Source: Lophium mytilinum (lineage: Eukaryota). From it: 64,000 nucleotides of DNA. How positions within the stretch are numbered: the stretch's first letter is position 1; each line of letters starts with the position of its first letter. Below, in pieces: positions 38,750 through 50,514 of this stretch. The stretch is taken from NCBI GenBank assembly GCA_010093605.1, contig MU004181.1, positions 186,001 through 250,000 on the forward strand, written 5' to 3'. Below the pieces are notes generated by a model. It was not told the DNA's origin. It ran no database searches and was given only the letters and a program-made list of their open reading frames with translations. Made by a program: the position numbers and the translations under genes.

Positions 38750-39480
38750 TAGCGTCTGCCGACACAAAGCCACGAGCCCGCTGCGACCCCCGCCTCCTCT
38801 TCCTCCCTTGTCAGCCGCCTCCTTCCTCGCCTTGTTCTTCGGTCTCGGTTGGTCGTCGACGAGCAGCGTATCGAGTGGGAGACTATCGGGTAGGATGAAG
38901 TGCCGGACTCGTCTTCGAAGATCTGCAAAGCCGAGCACATCTAGAGCGACATCAGTGAGACGAATTGAGTAGAGGCATACAAGAATAAGTACCGTTGGAA
39001 GGCGTAGCCCGCACCACCATCTCCTCCATCCCACCCCACGCGATGGCCATCGGCGGAAGATGCAGTATGTCCAACTGTGAAAAGGTGTCCAGTTCGCCAA
39101 GATCCTGCAGCGAGTTGGGAGTCGGGGAGTAGAAGTCCAGACCGGGAAGGCGTAGAGACTTCTTGTGGTGGCTCCCGATGCGACACAGATGGTGGACATC
39201 GATGTCTTCCTCCGTATAAGGAACATGGATATCGAGTTCCTCTAAGTATTTGCATCCCTGAACCAAGTTCTCATAGTTGTCCATGCCGGCAAAGAAGCCC
39301 TTTAAGCTGAGGGTGATGATTTCGGAGGACGACTGCGGAACATTGCAGGCCGTGTTGTCACATTCTTTCAGACTGAACAAGCCGAAGCCAGCAAAGTGGC
39401 GGAGGCACGGGCTTGACGCCCTGAAGAACGTTAGTAATGCTTCGACGTGTTGAGGTGCGCACATGAGCACTCACCATGTC
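38750..39480 (-). pseudogene. Degenerate LRR-like C-terminal part of an F-box-type protein
   Basis: [44 protein letters not shown] shows the LxxLxL periodicity of fungal F-box/RNI-like proteins. Frameshifted near 38960. Confidence 0.4.
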
Positions 39481-39649
39481 GGCCTCCAAAGGCTTAGGAA
39501 CCTTCGCTTTGGGAACCCCAGGCGGGGAAAGAACGCATCATCTGGGTTGGTTAGCAGAGGAGCGGTGGAACTGGGCCGAGTGGGGTATGATGCTGCTCAC
39601 GTACCTGTCGTCGGCCTCCGAGTCCTCGTGGTAGGTTGACTTGTAGTCC

Positions 39650-40085
39650 ATCTCAGGCCGCGGTGGAGGTGAGTTGAAATCGCCGCACATGATCAGCGGG
39701 ACTTGAGAACCACTGGAATATTCCATCGATGGGGCGGGCTCTTGGGGGGTTTCTTCTGGATCATCTTCGCCGTCTTCGTTGGTGAACCTGTATAACACCT
39801 TGTCTGTGCACGCCGGCCATTTCGCATACTTTTCAGCGAGCTTCGTGATTTGCTCCATAAGAATTGCAACCTGGACTACTTTGACGTTTACGAAAACTTC
39901 GTTCCAGAAAATGTGTGCGTTACTGAAGATCGAACGTGGTTCCAGTCGCGCGGTTTTCCAGGAATATTATGACGGCGATGTCATCTCGAGGCATTACCCG
40001 GTTGAAAACGTCATGCTCACGCTTCATGTCTGGTCAGTTGATGGCAGTATTGGCGAAATCAACAAGACGATCAAACGTGCTCCAG
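39650..40085 (-). pseudogene. CCR4: CCR4 fragment 2
   Basis: VDFANTAIN..EHDVFNRVMPRDDIA..NAHIFWN..VKVVQVAILMEQITKLAEKYAKWPACTDK..YSSGSQVPLIMCGDFNS, with frameshifts. Overlaps the end of fragment 1 at 6.3 kb. Confidence 0.9.
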
Positions 40086-40149
40086 TCGCGCTGTCTTCCC
40101 GAGTTAGCCTTCGCTCTTCCACTGTGCATCATCAAGAATGAACGTACCT

Positions 40150-40340
40150 TTCCTCGGCACACCAATGGCGCGCTTCTGGTCGATGACGGCGATGCCTTTA
40201 GCGCCGACTTCAGCCATGGCCTGGGCCATGTTAAAGCCGAGTCCGCGAGCCTCACTGGTTTTCTGTCAGTGGAAACTCAACAAGTGAAGAGCGTGGAAGA
40301 CTACTCACCCAGTGACCACGACGATCTTGTCGACGAGGTG
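40150..40340 (-). pseudogene. Short-chain dehydrogenase (sugar-alcohol DH-like) N-terminal fragment with retained intron 40255-40308
   Basis: DKIVVVTG | GTGAGT..CTGAC..CAG | EARGLGFNMAQAMAEVGAKGIAVID, the TGxxxGLG Rossmann motif. Confidence 0.8.
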
Positions 40341-40344
40341 AGGG

Positions 40345-40680
40345 TCGAATCCCCTTGTGCCAGCAGCAGTGTCGATGAACTTAATGTAAACGTCTCCTGG
40401 GCTTGACACCGGATCGACGCCGACATGCGCCACGTCGCCGTACATCTCTCTGCACTCCTCTCCGATTTCGTCGATAAGCTCGCGCTTCCAGTTCGGTCCC
40501 TCTCTATCAGCTTGTTAGCGTCTGTGTCAAATAACTAACAGGTATACCTACTTCTCAAGCTCAGTCTGGTTGTACATCTCCTTGATCACGAGGCATTGGC
40601 TCGCCATTGGAGCTGGGACCCGAGTGGCCGGTCGACAGTTGACTTGTGGTGGCTTGCGTTCGTTATTGGCGGGCTGGGGA
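40345..40680 (-). pseudogene. RBM39-like C-terminal UHM/RRM3 fragment with retained intron 40504-40551
   Basis: PMASQCLVIKEMYNQTELE | GTAGGT..GCTAAC..TAG | EGPNWKRELIDEIGEECREMYGDVAHVGVDP..DVYIKF. Confidence 0.75.
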
Positions 40681-41649
40681 TCATCGGCCCCCGCAAAAGA
40701 AACAAACTTTGACGCGCATACCTGGGAGGGAAAAGCTATACGAAGTCAGTGAGGATGAGGTGAGGATGAGGTGAAGACGTACTGAGGAAGGAGTGATGTA
40801 GGAGAGACGGAGGTTGGAGGGGCGGAGCTGGCTTTTGTAGTGTGCGGCCAGCTCGCTTACGTGAAGTCCCGTGAGGCCCACTTTACTCGGCAAGGCGCTT
40901 TGCCGAGCTCTAGGCCGCTCGCGCCGGTAGCGATAAGGGCTCGGCATGGGTTCTAGCCGTTGTGCGGTCAGTATGGTGTGGCTACAGTTTTCCTGGCCTT
41001 TTGGTGAGCATTTCTTATCATCGCCATCTAGTCGTATAGAGCGAGCATGAAGCATTCGGTATGCAAAAGCCATGTCATTCTCCAGGCCTTGGTAAGGTCT
41101 GGCCTTTCGATGTTATTGTATCTAGTTCCTCCTAGCTTTTAACGTCTAGAGAGTTATAGATGCTGGATAAGTTCTCGTCTAACAGCAACTCCTACTCAAA
41201 CTAGTATATAGTGGGGTGTTCGGCGAGGCAGATCGCACCGATAAACTAGATGTTGGCTGCTTGAGCATTCCAGAGAACGTAGTGCTTTGCTCCTTCTGCA
41301 GAGATTTTCACAGTAGCGGCAAACTTCAAGCTCATTTTTCCGGTACATTGTGTGTTTTAACTAGAAGAGCATGTTGGTTCCTAGTTTGAGAAAGCTAAAT
41401 ACTTGATCTATCTACCCTCTCCGAGCAGAACATGACTGACATGCTGTCCCGCTTGTGCATTTTCGCTGGAAGACAACTCGGAGCAATTCCGCCGTGACAT
41501 CAAGGAAAACGGGACAAAGACAGCTTGACGGAGAGAGATGCAGTCAACTCTACACCCACCACTAGCTAAACTCCCGGGCGTGGTCCCAACCTGTGGTCTG
41601 CATCCACGGGAGCATCAACTACTAACTCCCTCGTCCGAGCACACGTCCC

Positions 41650-41950
41650 GCACCGCTCCATCAACTTCACCCAGGCTCAACACTCTACTCGCGCTCCATC
41701 ACCCTCTAATCGAAGACAAGCTCAGAGGGTAGATACTGCTCGAAGTCATCTAGGCAAAGAACGGAAGATTCGGCGCCGCAGCACTGCGGGTGGTACTTGG
41801 ATGCGTCGGTAAGTGCAAGACGGAACACTTGCTCGAGACACGCGCCGCACATCGAGTGCTCGCCGCAACCAGTCTCCCGGAGAGGCGTGTCTTCTACCTT
41901 GTCTGTCCTGGCGACTCCGCACGCAACCCCGGACCGATCCATCATGCTGG
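41650..41950 (-). pseudogene. RBR/IBR-type E3 ligase RING1 fragment
   Basis: xxCG..GCGEHSMCGACLEQVFRLALTDASKYHPQCC, the pattern of fungal IBR-finger RING1 (C.H..C..CL...F..A..D...PP.CC). Truncated by TAG stops. Confidence 0.65.
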
Positions 41951-43404
41951 AGGCAGTGTGTTGCTGAGTTCTTCACTGTGGTGAAGACATGGTGGTGGAA
42001 CGATAAGGTTAATGGCAGTCGGGGTGGTACCGGTTATGTCCTTCACCTCACCCGCTTTCAGCATTCCGTGTTCTGGGGAGGGTGGCTGTGCGGAGTGAGT
42101 TGCGGTTTCGGGCCTTGGGTGAGGAACTCGAAAGACTGGTGAGGATCTCCCTTGCACATTCGTCGAAGTTCTGCTTGCTGAACTGAGGCTTCTCCTCCAT
42201 ACGTCGTTCAAGTTCGTCCTTGTTCCGCACAGACTTTGTGGCGTGCGTGCGACTCCCGATGAGCTTCCTCCGACGTGCAATCCGACTCTTCATCTTTGCA
42301 GAATCTCCGCTCTGGATCGAAGAGCCCCATCGCGCTCTTGAATGTCTGCCTTGTCAGCTACGGGCTGGCTTTAATACACCAAGGAGATGGGCAGAACCGT
42401 ACCTTCTTGATGTTGAACTAGGAGCCCTTCTTCTGCAGAGAGGGTCATGGCTCCAATTCCGACCTGGTGGCGCGTTTCAGAGGACCGAGGTGGCAGGCTG
42501 TTGCTGAGCCGGCGTCTGTTGAAAGCCATTCATATCGAGGTACCACCTTTTCTGGAATGCGTTCTTCTAGGCTCCGCGCTTCTCGATCTCACAGCTTTGA
42601 CTAAACCGCATTGTCCGCCTGTAGCTCTGCTGCAGGGGCTTGGAATAGTTGAGCCGAATGGCGCCCCATGGCATAGTGTTCAAGCCAATGAGGACCCCTC
42701 CACCACTCATTCCCTGGCCCAAACAACGGCAGCCATCCTCATCAACTCCATTTTGTTGAGCCTGGACTCCACGATCCGGAGCGTGCTCTCTTGAGCCCGT
42801 GAATTGCATTTACCAAAGCGGTAAAAGACCAGTGAGGAGGGGAAGTTACGGAGATTCCTCAGACGGCGGCGCGCAACCGCAGTAGCTTGATTTCGCCACT
42901 TTGAGAAACGTCTTGGGTATGACCGCCAGTGGAGCTGCTGCAGACTGGGACTGAGTTAGCATCTAATATCACACAACCTTGAAGAGGTGAATGTACCTTC
43001 GTCGGCCCTCGCCGCCTCCTTGCCTGCGGCCCGCCTCGAGGATGTTCGTGGCTTGGAGATCCGTGGCCTCCGTACCTTTGACCCTCTTCCAATTCGGTCG
43101 CGCTGAGCTTTGTTATTGGCGATGACCATAGGAACGTCTTGAATCACGGTCTTTTACCATCTGAGCCGCCCACCTCACTCAGCCAACTTTGCTGAAGACA
43201 CCAAGAGGTGTCCAGTCCCAAGGTGAGCAGCTAGCACTAGATGGCACTCGTACGACCATCGCGCATGTCTTCGATCAGCTCGAGCTTCCGTGTCACGTCG
43301 CTCGGGGCTCTCGTCTCAGTTTCCACGTCAGCCATCGCGTCCTCCACCGTCAAACCACAACCGACGGAATTGTCGCGATGATGACGACCATCTCCATTAT
43401 ACTC

Positions 43405-43900
43405 ACACCAGCCTCAGAGAGTACCGAATAGAGAAGCTTCTCCTTCAGCGCACTCTCGTCCTTGCAGATGGGAAGTTTCAACAGGTTCTCGCAGGTGCTA
43501 GTGCTCGGCAGCCTCTCCTTGTCGCCGCCCGCGTCTCGAATACTGAGCGGTGGGTGGAGCGTGCCGAATCCTAGCAGAGGTGATCGTGGGGTTGGAGTGA
43601 CGAGTTTCAGCACAGCGCGTCGTTCCCCGTCGTTGAACTGCTCCATGACACGGCAGAAAAGATCAATGGTTGGGTGGCCGAGACTATCATCGCCGCGCTG
43701 GTGGACGCCTCTACCACCCACTATGGGGTTGATAGTGGCGACCTGGGGACATCGTGCGTTCCTGGTCCAGGTCAGTGCTGCGAAAACGAAAACTGCCGAT
43801 TTTGATACCTTCGAAGCTTGTGTAGTCAGAACTCCGATATCCATGACCCTACTATCTATGCCTGATGCTCGATTCTCCGCCGTCCAGCTCCGTTGTCATC
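43405..43900 (-). pseudogene. HECT E3 ligase (Hul5/UBE3C-like) C-terminal fragment
   Basis: HPTIDLFCRVMEQFNDGERRAVLKLVTPTPRSPLLGFGTL..SIRDAGGDKERLPSTSTCENLLKLP..LKEKLLYSV..AG, a HECT C-lobe including the catalytic Cys motif. Confidence 0.9.
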
Positions 43901-43959
43901 TCTATGTTCCGGCTTTGAAGACGTCGCAGGTGCGAAAGCGTGGCGGAGGAGGAAGCTGG

Positions 43960-44110
43960 GTCGCGAGCGCGCCGATGTCTTGCTCGAGAATACTGGCCAC
44001 GATGATGCCCGTCTTTGCTCTGGTCGCTTCTGAGAGCGTTGGTCATCGCGAAATCTTCAACCTTTTTCTTGATCTTCGTGCGGCTACGATCGCGACGATG
44101 GTCTCTGGAG
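43960..44110 (-). pseudogene. Second copy of the RBM39-like N-terminal RS/RD fragment
   Basis: RDHRRDRSRTKIKKKVEDFAMTNALRSDQS aligns to RDHRRNRSRTRIQKEDDDVEIMDAPDSDRS at 9180-9260; the DNA similarity is visible by eye. Confidence 0.65.
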
Positions 44111-46029
44111 GAAAAGAGCGGCCTCCAAGTCTTTGGACGTCCGAGTTGTAATTTGTAGAGGAGGTTTCAGAGAGAGGTAGGAGGGTGGAGGTGGTGGGAA
44201 TTCGAGAATGTGGAGAGAAGGATACCGAGGTGCAGAGCGGAAGAACTAAAGTTGAGGACGAAGGTGGGGAGGGCCTCGGTTAGGTCCAGATTGGTGCTCT
44301 GCCGGGGATATCGACCGAGACGGTAGAGTCTTCATCAAGTTAGGCATCGACGCTTTCTGATCTTTAATGGAGGATGATTCCACTGGAGGACGCAAGCTGG
44401 GATTTTGGGGTTCTTGGTGCGGCAGACGCTATCACTGTAACTACTCATTTAGGGATTCAAACGGTCGAACGAGCAATCTCTATCATAATCAAGCTCCAAA
44501 TTTAAGCTGGGGAGTTCACATAGTCAGAGAAAAGAATTAAGAAACTCTCTCCGTACATATTCGTAAGGTCTACATTCCACCATCCCATGCCTCCCACAAT
44601 CGGCCAAGCTGCTTCCAACTTCCCTCATGCCTGTACCGAAAAGCATTCCGGTCAAGTTGCCTTTGGCGCCCGAAAAGTCTGCTTTGCGAAAGACCACTCC
44701 CACTCCCGTGCCGGCACATACCAACCAAAACATTGATACATCAGTCCCTCCGATACCCTACCAACTTCTGAAATATCGCGTGCTTCGTCTATCTTTCGAA
44801 GATGACGTAGATGAATTAATGCCGGCGTCTCTTTCTATTTCAGCCAGCTGCTATTTGCGCTGTTCTCATAGTCACAGGCTCGGCTGGCCCTGTGGTCACA
44901 AATGGGAGTCAAATAGATTGCGGCACCAAGAGTGCTAGAGTCGGCTAGGCTGTGCCCAATCTCTTGCATGCCGGCACTAAGAGGCGTTCCAGTCAAGTTG
45001 CATTCGGGACCCCGAACGGTCAGTTTCGCGGAAGAACTATCGCGCTCTTGTGCAAGTGTGCTCATAGTCGCAGGTTCGGCGCGAGCTGACGAGAACGACC
45101 TGCTATCCCCGTAGTGGCTCGATGAGGGAAGACCTTGACCGCTACGTGTGATCTCGTCGTTTGGCCCAGCATCAAGCATCTCCGTCTCAGTCAACTTGCG
45201 TTGCGCGCCACCGCTCCCGGTTTCTGATTTCGTCGCGACGCGTCCCCATTCGTGCTGGTGGGCCAGAGACCTCACCTCGTCGCTGAGTTCGCCTGACTTC
45301 GGAGTGGGGTTGAGATCGAGCTCGTCCCGCGCAAACGATTCATGAGTATCCTGTGATCTTTCGGTGTTCATGGTAGGTAGAGAAGACTCGAATGGCGTTC
45401 TTGCTCATCCATTGTGCTCGGACGTCTGTATGACTCTGAAAGATCCCTGGGCAATACCTTCAACAAGACACCTCACTTGTCTTTCCGTGTCGGTCAGATT
45501 CCGCGGTCCAAGTGAAAAAAAACTTTTGTACCACGTGAAACCGAGAACAGGATCGAAAGGACTCTCATGCTCTTCTATTAGGCTTGCCTGCCGCGACGAC
45601 TTCGACTTCTCCTGTGCTCCAAGGTATCCCGGGAAGCTCACCCTCCGTGCCTGCCAACGTACTGCTTCATGAGGTCTTCGAAAGTCTTGCTCGTCTTGTC
45701 TACCTCGGTGTCGCTCTTTCTGGAGTCTTCAAGATTGCCGGAGAGAACGATAAAGATGTCGCGGGCCTTGGATCGTAGAGCCTGAAAATCACAGTTGGTA
45801 ATCAAAGCAGGTCGGACGTCAGCGAGCTTTTCCAGGGCCAGTAGTGGTGGGGGCGGGACGGCCTAGTCAGTCGGTAACTTCATCACGAAAGTTTTCGCGT
45901 CCTCATACTTTAGGATAACTCATCATCGTATTGCTCTATATCATCGGCATGTAGCTGTTCTGCAACGACGTGGTCTAGCACTATCTTTCTTGCACTTCAT
46001 CGAGACTTCCACGTTCGGCCATGGTAGCG

Positions 46030-47430
46030 GATGCAATAGCCTCGCCACCCGGTCCCGTCGTCTCTAGAGAATTCCGCTGTCCTTTGCTTCAAGACAAACC
46101 CAACACGTTGTTCCTCCAGATCATCGGCACCCAGGTCTCCTACGACGACGTGGTCCACTGCCATCTTCATTCGGCCCATCTGGACCATCTTTTCTTCGGC
46201 ACTGGCACGGAGCACAAAGTCGAAGCCCATGTTCTTCTCGATCTGGCTGCGGTCAAGAAGCTTGTCGATGGCGGCGTCGTCGTCGTGCTTCAGGACAGGC
46301 CCCACATCGCGTTCTCCCATATCATCGGCATCCAGCTGTCGGCGTATCCCAGCGCCTCATGAGTATCCGTGCTCTTTAGCCCCTTTATCTCCCGAATCTC
46401 TGCAGCCGAGTAGTTGACTAGCGCGCGACCAACCTCTTTAGGCGCCGGACTGTGTTGCTCCCACGTTACCGTTGCTGCTGCGAATGAGTGGTGGGCGAGG
46501 GGTGCAGGGACGAAGTAGAAGTAGGCGTAGAGGTTTTCTATGACGACGTGGTCCAGCGCCATCTTCCGCTTTGGCGCTCGCACGGATCCTAAACCGAGAG
46601 CCCATGGTATTCTCAATCTGGCTGCGGTCAAGAAGCTTGTCGATGGCGGCGTCGTCGCAGCGAATGGCGTGGTCGGTGCCGTCATCCTTGAAAAGCTCTG
46701 CATTCCCGTGCTTCAATGCGACAAACTCGACCAGGCGACTCCCCATATCATCGGCATCTAGCTGTTCTGCGATGATGCAATCCAGGGCTAAGGTCTTTGA
46801 ACCATTTTTTCTTCGGCGCTGGCACAGATCATGAACTGGAAGCAGAGCCTTCTGCTGTCCGATACCGTGAGCTCAAGACCTGACATTGATATCCTGAGGT
46901 GGGTTGACGTCTGGGCGGAGGATGATGACGGTGTCTGCGCTGGCAAGGTTGATACCTACTCCGCCAGCCGGTGTCAGTTCGAGCTATATAAGGAGCCGCG
47001 GGAAGAACTCCTTGCTGGTGGCATTGAGGAATAACGGCCTGAGGGCAGTTGCGCCCGCTCCTGTCGGGACTCGCGCTGTGAGCCTAGGACGCGTTGTTGC
47101 TGCAAGCCCGAAGCTTTCTCGCAGTAGTCTACACGAACAAACTCCTGGTGGCCGCAATTGCCGTGGAAAAATGGCTATAGTAGCACATACTGATGCAAAT
47201 GCCCGCTCGAGTGCACAATAGGAAGGCGAAGAGCGGCGAACCTGGTCCATTCAACTTATCGATGCGCATTTCCTTTCTCGAAAGACCGAATACTTCCATC
47301 AAGTCGTTCGTACTGCATCCCATAGCCGTCGAGGAAGTCTTCCATAATATCGAGCATGTCGAGAAACTAGCTGAAGACGGGTACCCTATGCCCTCGTTCC
47401 TTCACTTGGCCTATGCCCTCGTTCCTTCAC
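46030..47430 (-). pseudogene. Mit1/Mi-2 (CHD-type SNF2) chromatin remodeller helicase-C fragments, scrambled and partly duplicated
   Basis: ERGHRVPVFSxFLDMLDIMEDFLDG..YERLDGS; RIDKLNGPGSPLFAFLLCTRAG; GGVGINLASADTVII; RASAEEKMVQMGRMKMAVDHVV; DDAAIDKLLDRSQIE present twice (about 46230-46290 and 46605-46665). Confidence 0.88.
46340..46480 (-). pseudogene. PRO1: Glutamate 5-kinase C-terminal PUA-domain fragment lying between CHD pieces
   Basis: KEVGRALVNYSAAEIREIKGLKSTDTHEALGYADS matches the G5K PUA consensus GRALVNYSSxEIxRIKG..S..I...LGYADS. Confidence 0.75.
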
Positions 47431-47664
47431 TTGGCAGCAGTAGATTTAGGAGCTGGAGTTTCGCGGATGCTTCCACTAGGTCGCGGCAAGAGACGGTAGC
47501 AATATCTCCCGTACTGTCGTTCCGAGCCTAACACCAAACGAAGCAAGCAACATTGTAGTGCTTAACGGCGGTGACAGAAGGGTCAATTCAAAAATCGTCG
47601 TTGGCCAGGCGGATGAGGTCCCGGTCCAGTTCTTCCTCGAGATTCTGGTGCCAGTCAGTGGTTT

Positions 47665-48285
47665 CGGTCAGCATGCCGCCTGTCCCAAGTGCTGAACCAG
47701 CGCTAGAGACGTCCGCTTTGAGATCTTCAATATTCTCTACGACTTCTATGGCGTGGCCATCTGGGTTTGATCGGGGGTTCTTGTCGTAGAGGCAGTCAAC
47801 GTCCGTCATCAAGACTAGGTAGTCAGCGTGGACCATGCCGGCGGTGATGGCAGAAAGAGTGTCGTTGTCGCCAAACTTGAGCTCCGTGACGGCGAGAGTA
47901 GCAATGCGCTAAACTTGATATCCGTGACGGCGAGAGGATCCTTGTCGCCACACTTGATCTCCGTGACGGCGAGAGTATCATTCTCGTTGACGATTGGGAT
48001 AACGTTCAATCCAAATAGCGCGGCGAACGTCGCCTGGGCATTCTGGTACTGAGTGCGGTCTGCGATGTCGTTGCGGGTCAACAGAATCTGAGCTACTGGT
48101 TGGTCCCGTTCGTTGAATAGTCTGTCCCATTGACTCATGAGCCGACATTGGCCAATCGCTGCGATCGCTTGAACTTTGGGGAGGTATTTTGGTCTACGAT
48201 CCAGGTTCATTCGTCGTAGGCCGGTCCCAATGGCGCCGGAGGAGACAAGTACGACTTTACGGCCATCGCGCTGCAGTCCAGACGC
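47665..48285 (-). pseudogene. PRO1: Glutamate 5-kinase N-terminal fragment
   Basis: [95 protein letters not shown]. The segment [11 protein letters not shown] is triplicated (about 47860-47985). Confidence 0.92.
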
Positions 48286-48459
48286 ACCCAAGCGTCTCTG
48301 GGTTTGGGCCAGAGTCGGCCCAAACTTTTGGTGGCACTCTAAACTTGTGGGTCGTCCAACCCTAGGGTGAACAGCCTATAGCTCTCGCGAGCTTTGCTAG
48401 GCGTCACGGTTCGGGGGGACACTCCACAGGGCTCTCGTGCTCTTCCACTGGGCGTCGGT

Positions 48460-48790
48460 GCGAGCGTGGCGGCGAAGGGACCATCCAGGCCATCTCGAAG
48501 TCGCGGTCGATGATTGCGCACTCCATCGGCTTGATGCCGACAGGATCCGCATTGATACCAAGGACAGAAGCACCCTCGCACGGAGCAGGATACACACGAC
48601 CGGTAAACTCAGAAAATTTATTCGTCATGAGAAGGCGGTTCAGCGCGTCCTTCCACTGGTCCTGGAAGCCGAGCTCGTTCCACTTCGGGATGATGTTGCT
48701 GATAGGACATGCAAAGTCAGACTGGCAGAAGGGTACACCGTAGTCTGAAACTTGACTTCATCCTCGTGGAGGCGCGTTGAAAGCTCGGTC
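48460..48790 (-). pseudogene. GLT1: NADH-glutamate synthase (GltD-like part) fragment
   Basis: [83 protein letters not shown]. Confidence 0.9.
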
Positions 48791-49294
48791 CAGTCTCAAG
48801 TTTCGGGATGCGACACTTCTCTGTGCGCCGCTGGTACTTTCACGATCAGGATCTTCGCTCCCAGCTTCTTGACGGGAGTGGACGAGGCTCCAGACATCTT
48901 GAGCGTTGACTTGCGATAGAACGAAACAGGAAGACAGGAGGAATTTATACGCATCGGAATCCCAGTGCGTAGGCGCCTGCGTCCTTGACCATCTGCTGGA
49001 GCTTGCGCTCAAAGCTGGACGTCGTCTCGATTGTTACCATACTGGAGAACATCTGGCTAATGACCGCAGCATCTGGCACATTCCTATATCGCAGTCATTT
49101 GTATTGACTTCGCTCACGTTTCCAGGATCCAGGGACGGGAGCCGTCGGGGTCATATCATCAAGGGATTGTCCATATTGGGCCTGGGTAGTTAGGAGCTCT
49201 TGGTCGACAGCGCCGGGTTCTCTGGAGATCTCGTCGTCGAAGTCGAAATCGAGGTCGAGATCGTCATCCGGATCAACAGCAGCATTGGACAAGT

Positions 49295-49450
49295 TCGTCG
49301 TAGAATCTGCTGCTGGAAGGTCATGATCTCCTCGAATGAACGCCGGCCTGTCCTCCAGTAGACTAACAGGAAGCCCTCGCCGGTACGCATGTAGTGCTCC
49401 CGTATGGTCGAGCACTCCTCCTGGCGCCAGCAGCATTCGTAGTCAGAGAG
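49295..49450 (-). pseudogene. RAS1: Ras GTPase fragment (switch II to helix 3)
   Basis: [42 protein letters not shown] versus fungal Ras [42 protein letters not shown]. Confidence 0.9.
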
Positions 49451-49929
49451 GACCGTGGTCTAAGAGCCATCTAGGCAAGAGGAAAAGAAAAAGGAACCCA
49501 GGATTCCATGTTTGATGCCGATAAAATGAGACATCGCCGCTGGAGCATGAATGAAGCAGCACGGGATGAGACGACGCACAGCATCTTCTGATGACAACAA
49601 GCTATTTTCCCCCGCCTTGAAGGCCACAGCCGAGTCAACGCGCTCGCGCTCGCGATCAGATTCTTCGCCGACCTTGGAGAGTGGCATGACCAGCGTCGGG
49701 ATCCCCGGTAGAGGCAGAGGCAGCCTGCCTATCCATCGCGTCCACACCGTCGGATATTTGTTGCCCCAACCGGTTTCATGCAAGCGCTGCATACGATGCC
49801 GGATTTCCCATCGCAAGGAAGATTTGCAAGAGCGCAGCTCGTACATGAAGAGTACATATACTGAGGGTCATCTAGCGAGAACGTTTGGCGGAAGGAGCGT
49901 CGGGATACGCGGCATGTTTCAGATCAACC

Positions 49930-50220
49930 AGAGTAGGACTGCTTCTCCCATTTTACGAGGTACTGCTTGTCGTCTTCGTTTACGGTAGCGCATGGGGAGT
50001 CTGGGTAATACTCGTCGACATCAACCGGCCTTCAGGCAATGAGACCTGAAACAGTACAATCCTTATTGTCGTCACAATCTTTTCATCGCCCGCTCTTGAA
50101 GTGTTCATGGAACATCCTTCCGCTGTTTCTTCTTCGTCGCGCGCATTGTCCATGGTGTATGCGTGAAGCGCGGACAAATGGTGGCCATGGCGACATGATA
50201 TACAGCCGTAGTCCCTATCG
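49930..50220 (-). pseudogene. Mit1/CHD PHD-chromodomain fragment
   Basis: CISCRHGHH..YTMDNARDEEETAE.. xKDC..GLIAxRP..VNEDDKQYLVKWEKQSY; chromodomain YLVKW motif. Probably the same donor gene as the 46-47.4 kb pieces. Confidence 0.6.
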
Positions 50221-50249
50221 TCGAGCGCTGTATTTAGGGTTTTCGAGGT

Positions 50250-50385
50250 CCAGAAAACTATCCTCTCCACCGGAAGAGTCGACGAGCACATCGATCTGTC
50301 CATAGTGCTCCTTGATGTCTTTGACGGCACCAGCGATCTAGGTTTAGTCACGGATGTTGACCTGGTAGAATCGCACATCCATCCA
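50250..50385 (-). pseudogene. SDR fragment 2, a plausible continuation of the 40.2 kb piece
   Basis: DVRFYQVNIRDxxxIAGAVKDIKEHYGQIDVLVDSSG (SDR D..V..V.....G.IDVLVN.AG motif) with two TAA/TAG stops. Confidence 0.7.
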
Positions 50386-50514
50386 CACCACTCTGGGCGG
50401 AGAGCTCTTCCAGCCGCGACACCGATGCGTACGAGTCGTAAAACGCTGAATACTGGAGTCTGCGAGCTTCAACGAAGGGCGAATAAACCGGCCTTTCAGT
50501 CCACTCACGCTGGG

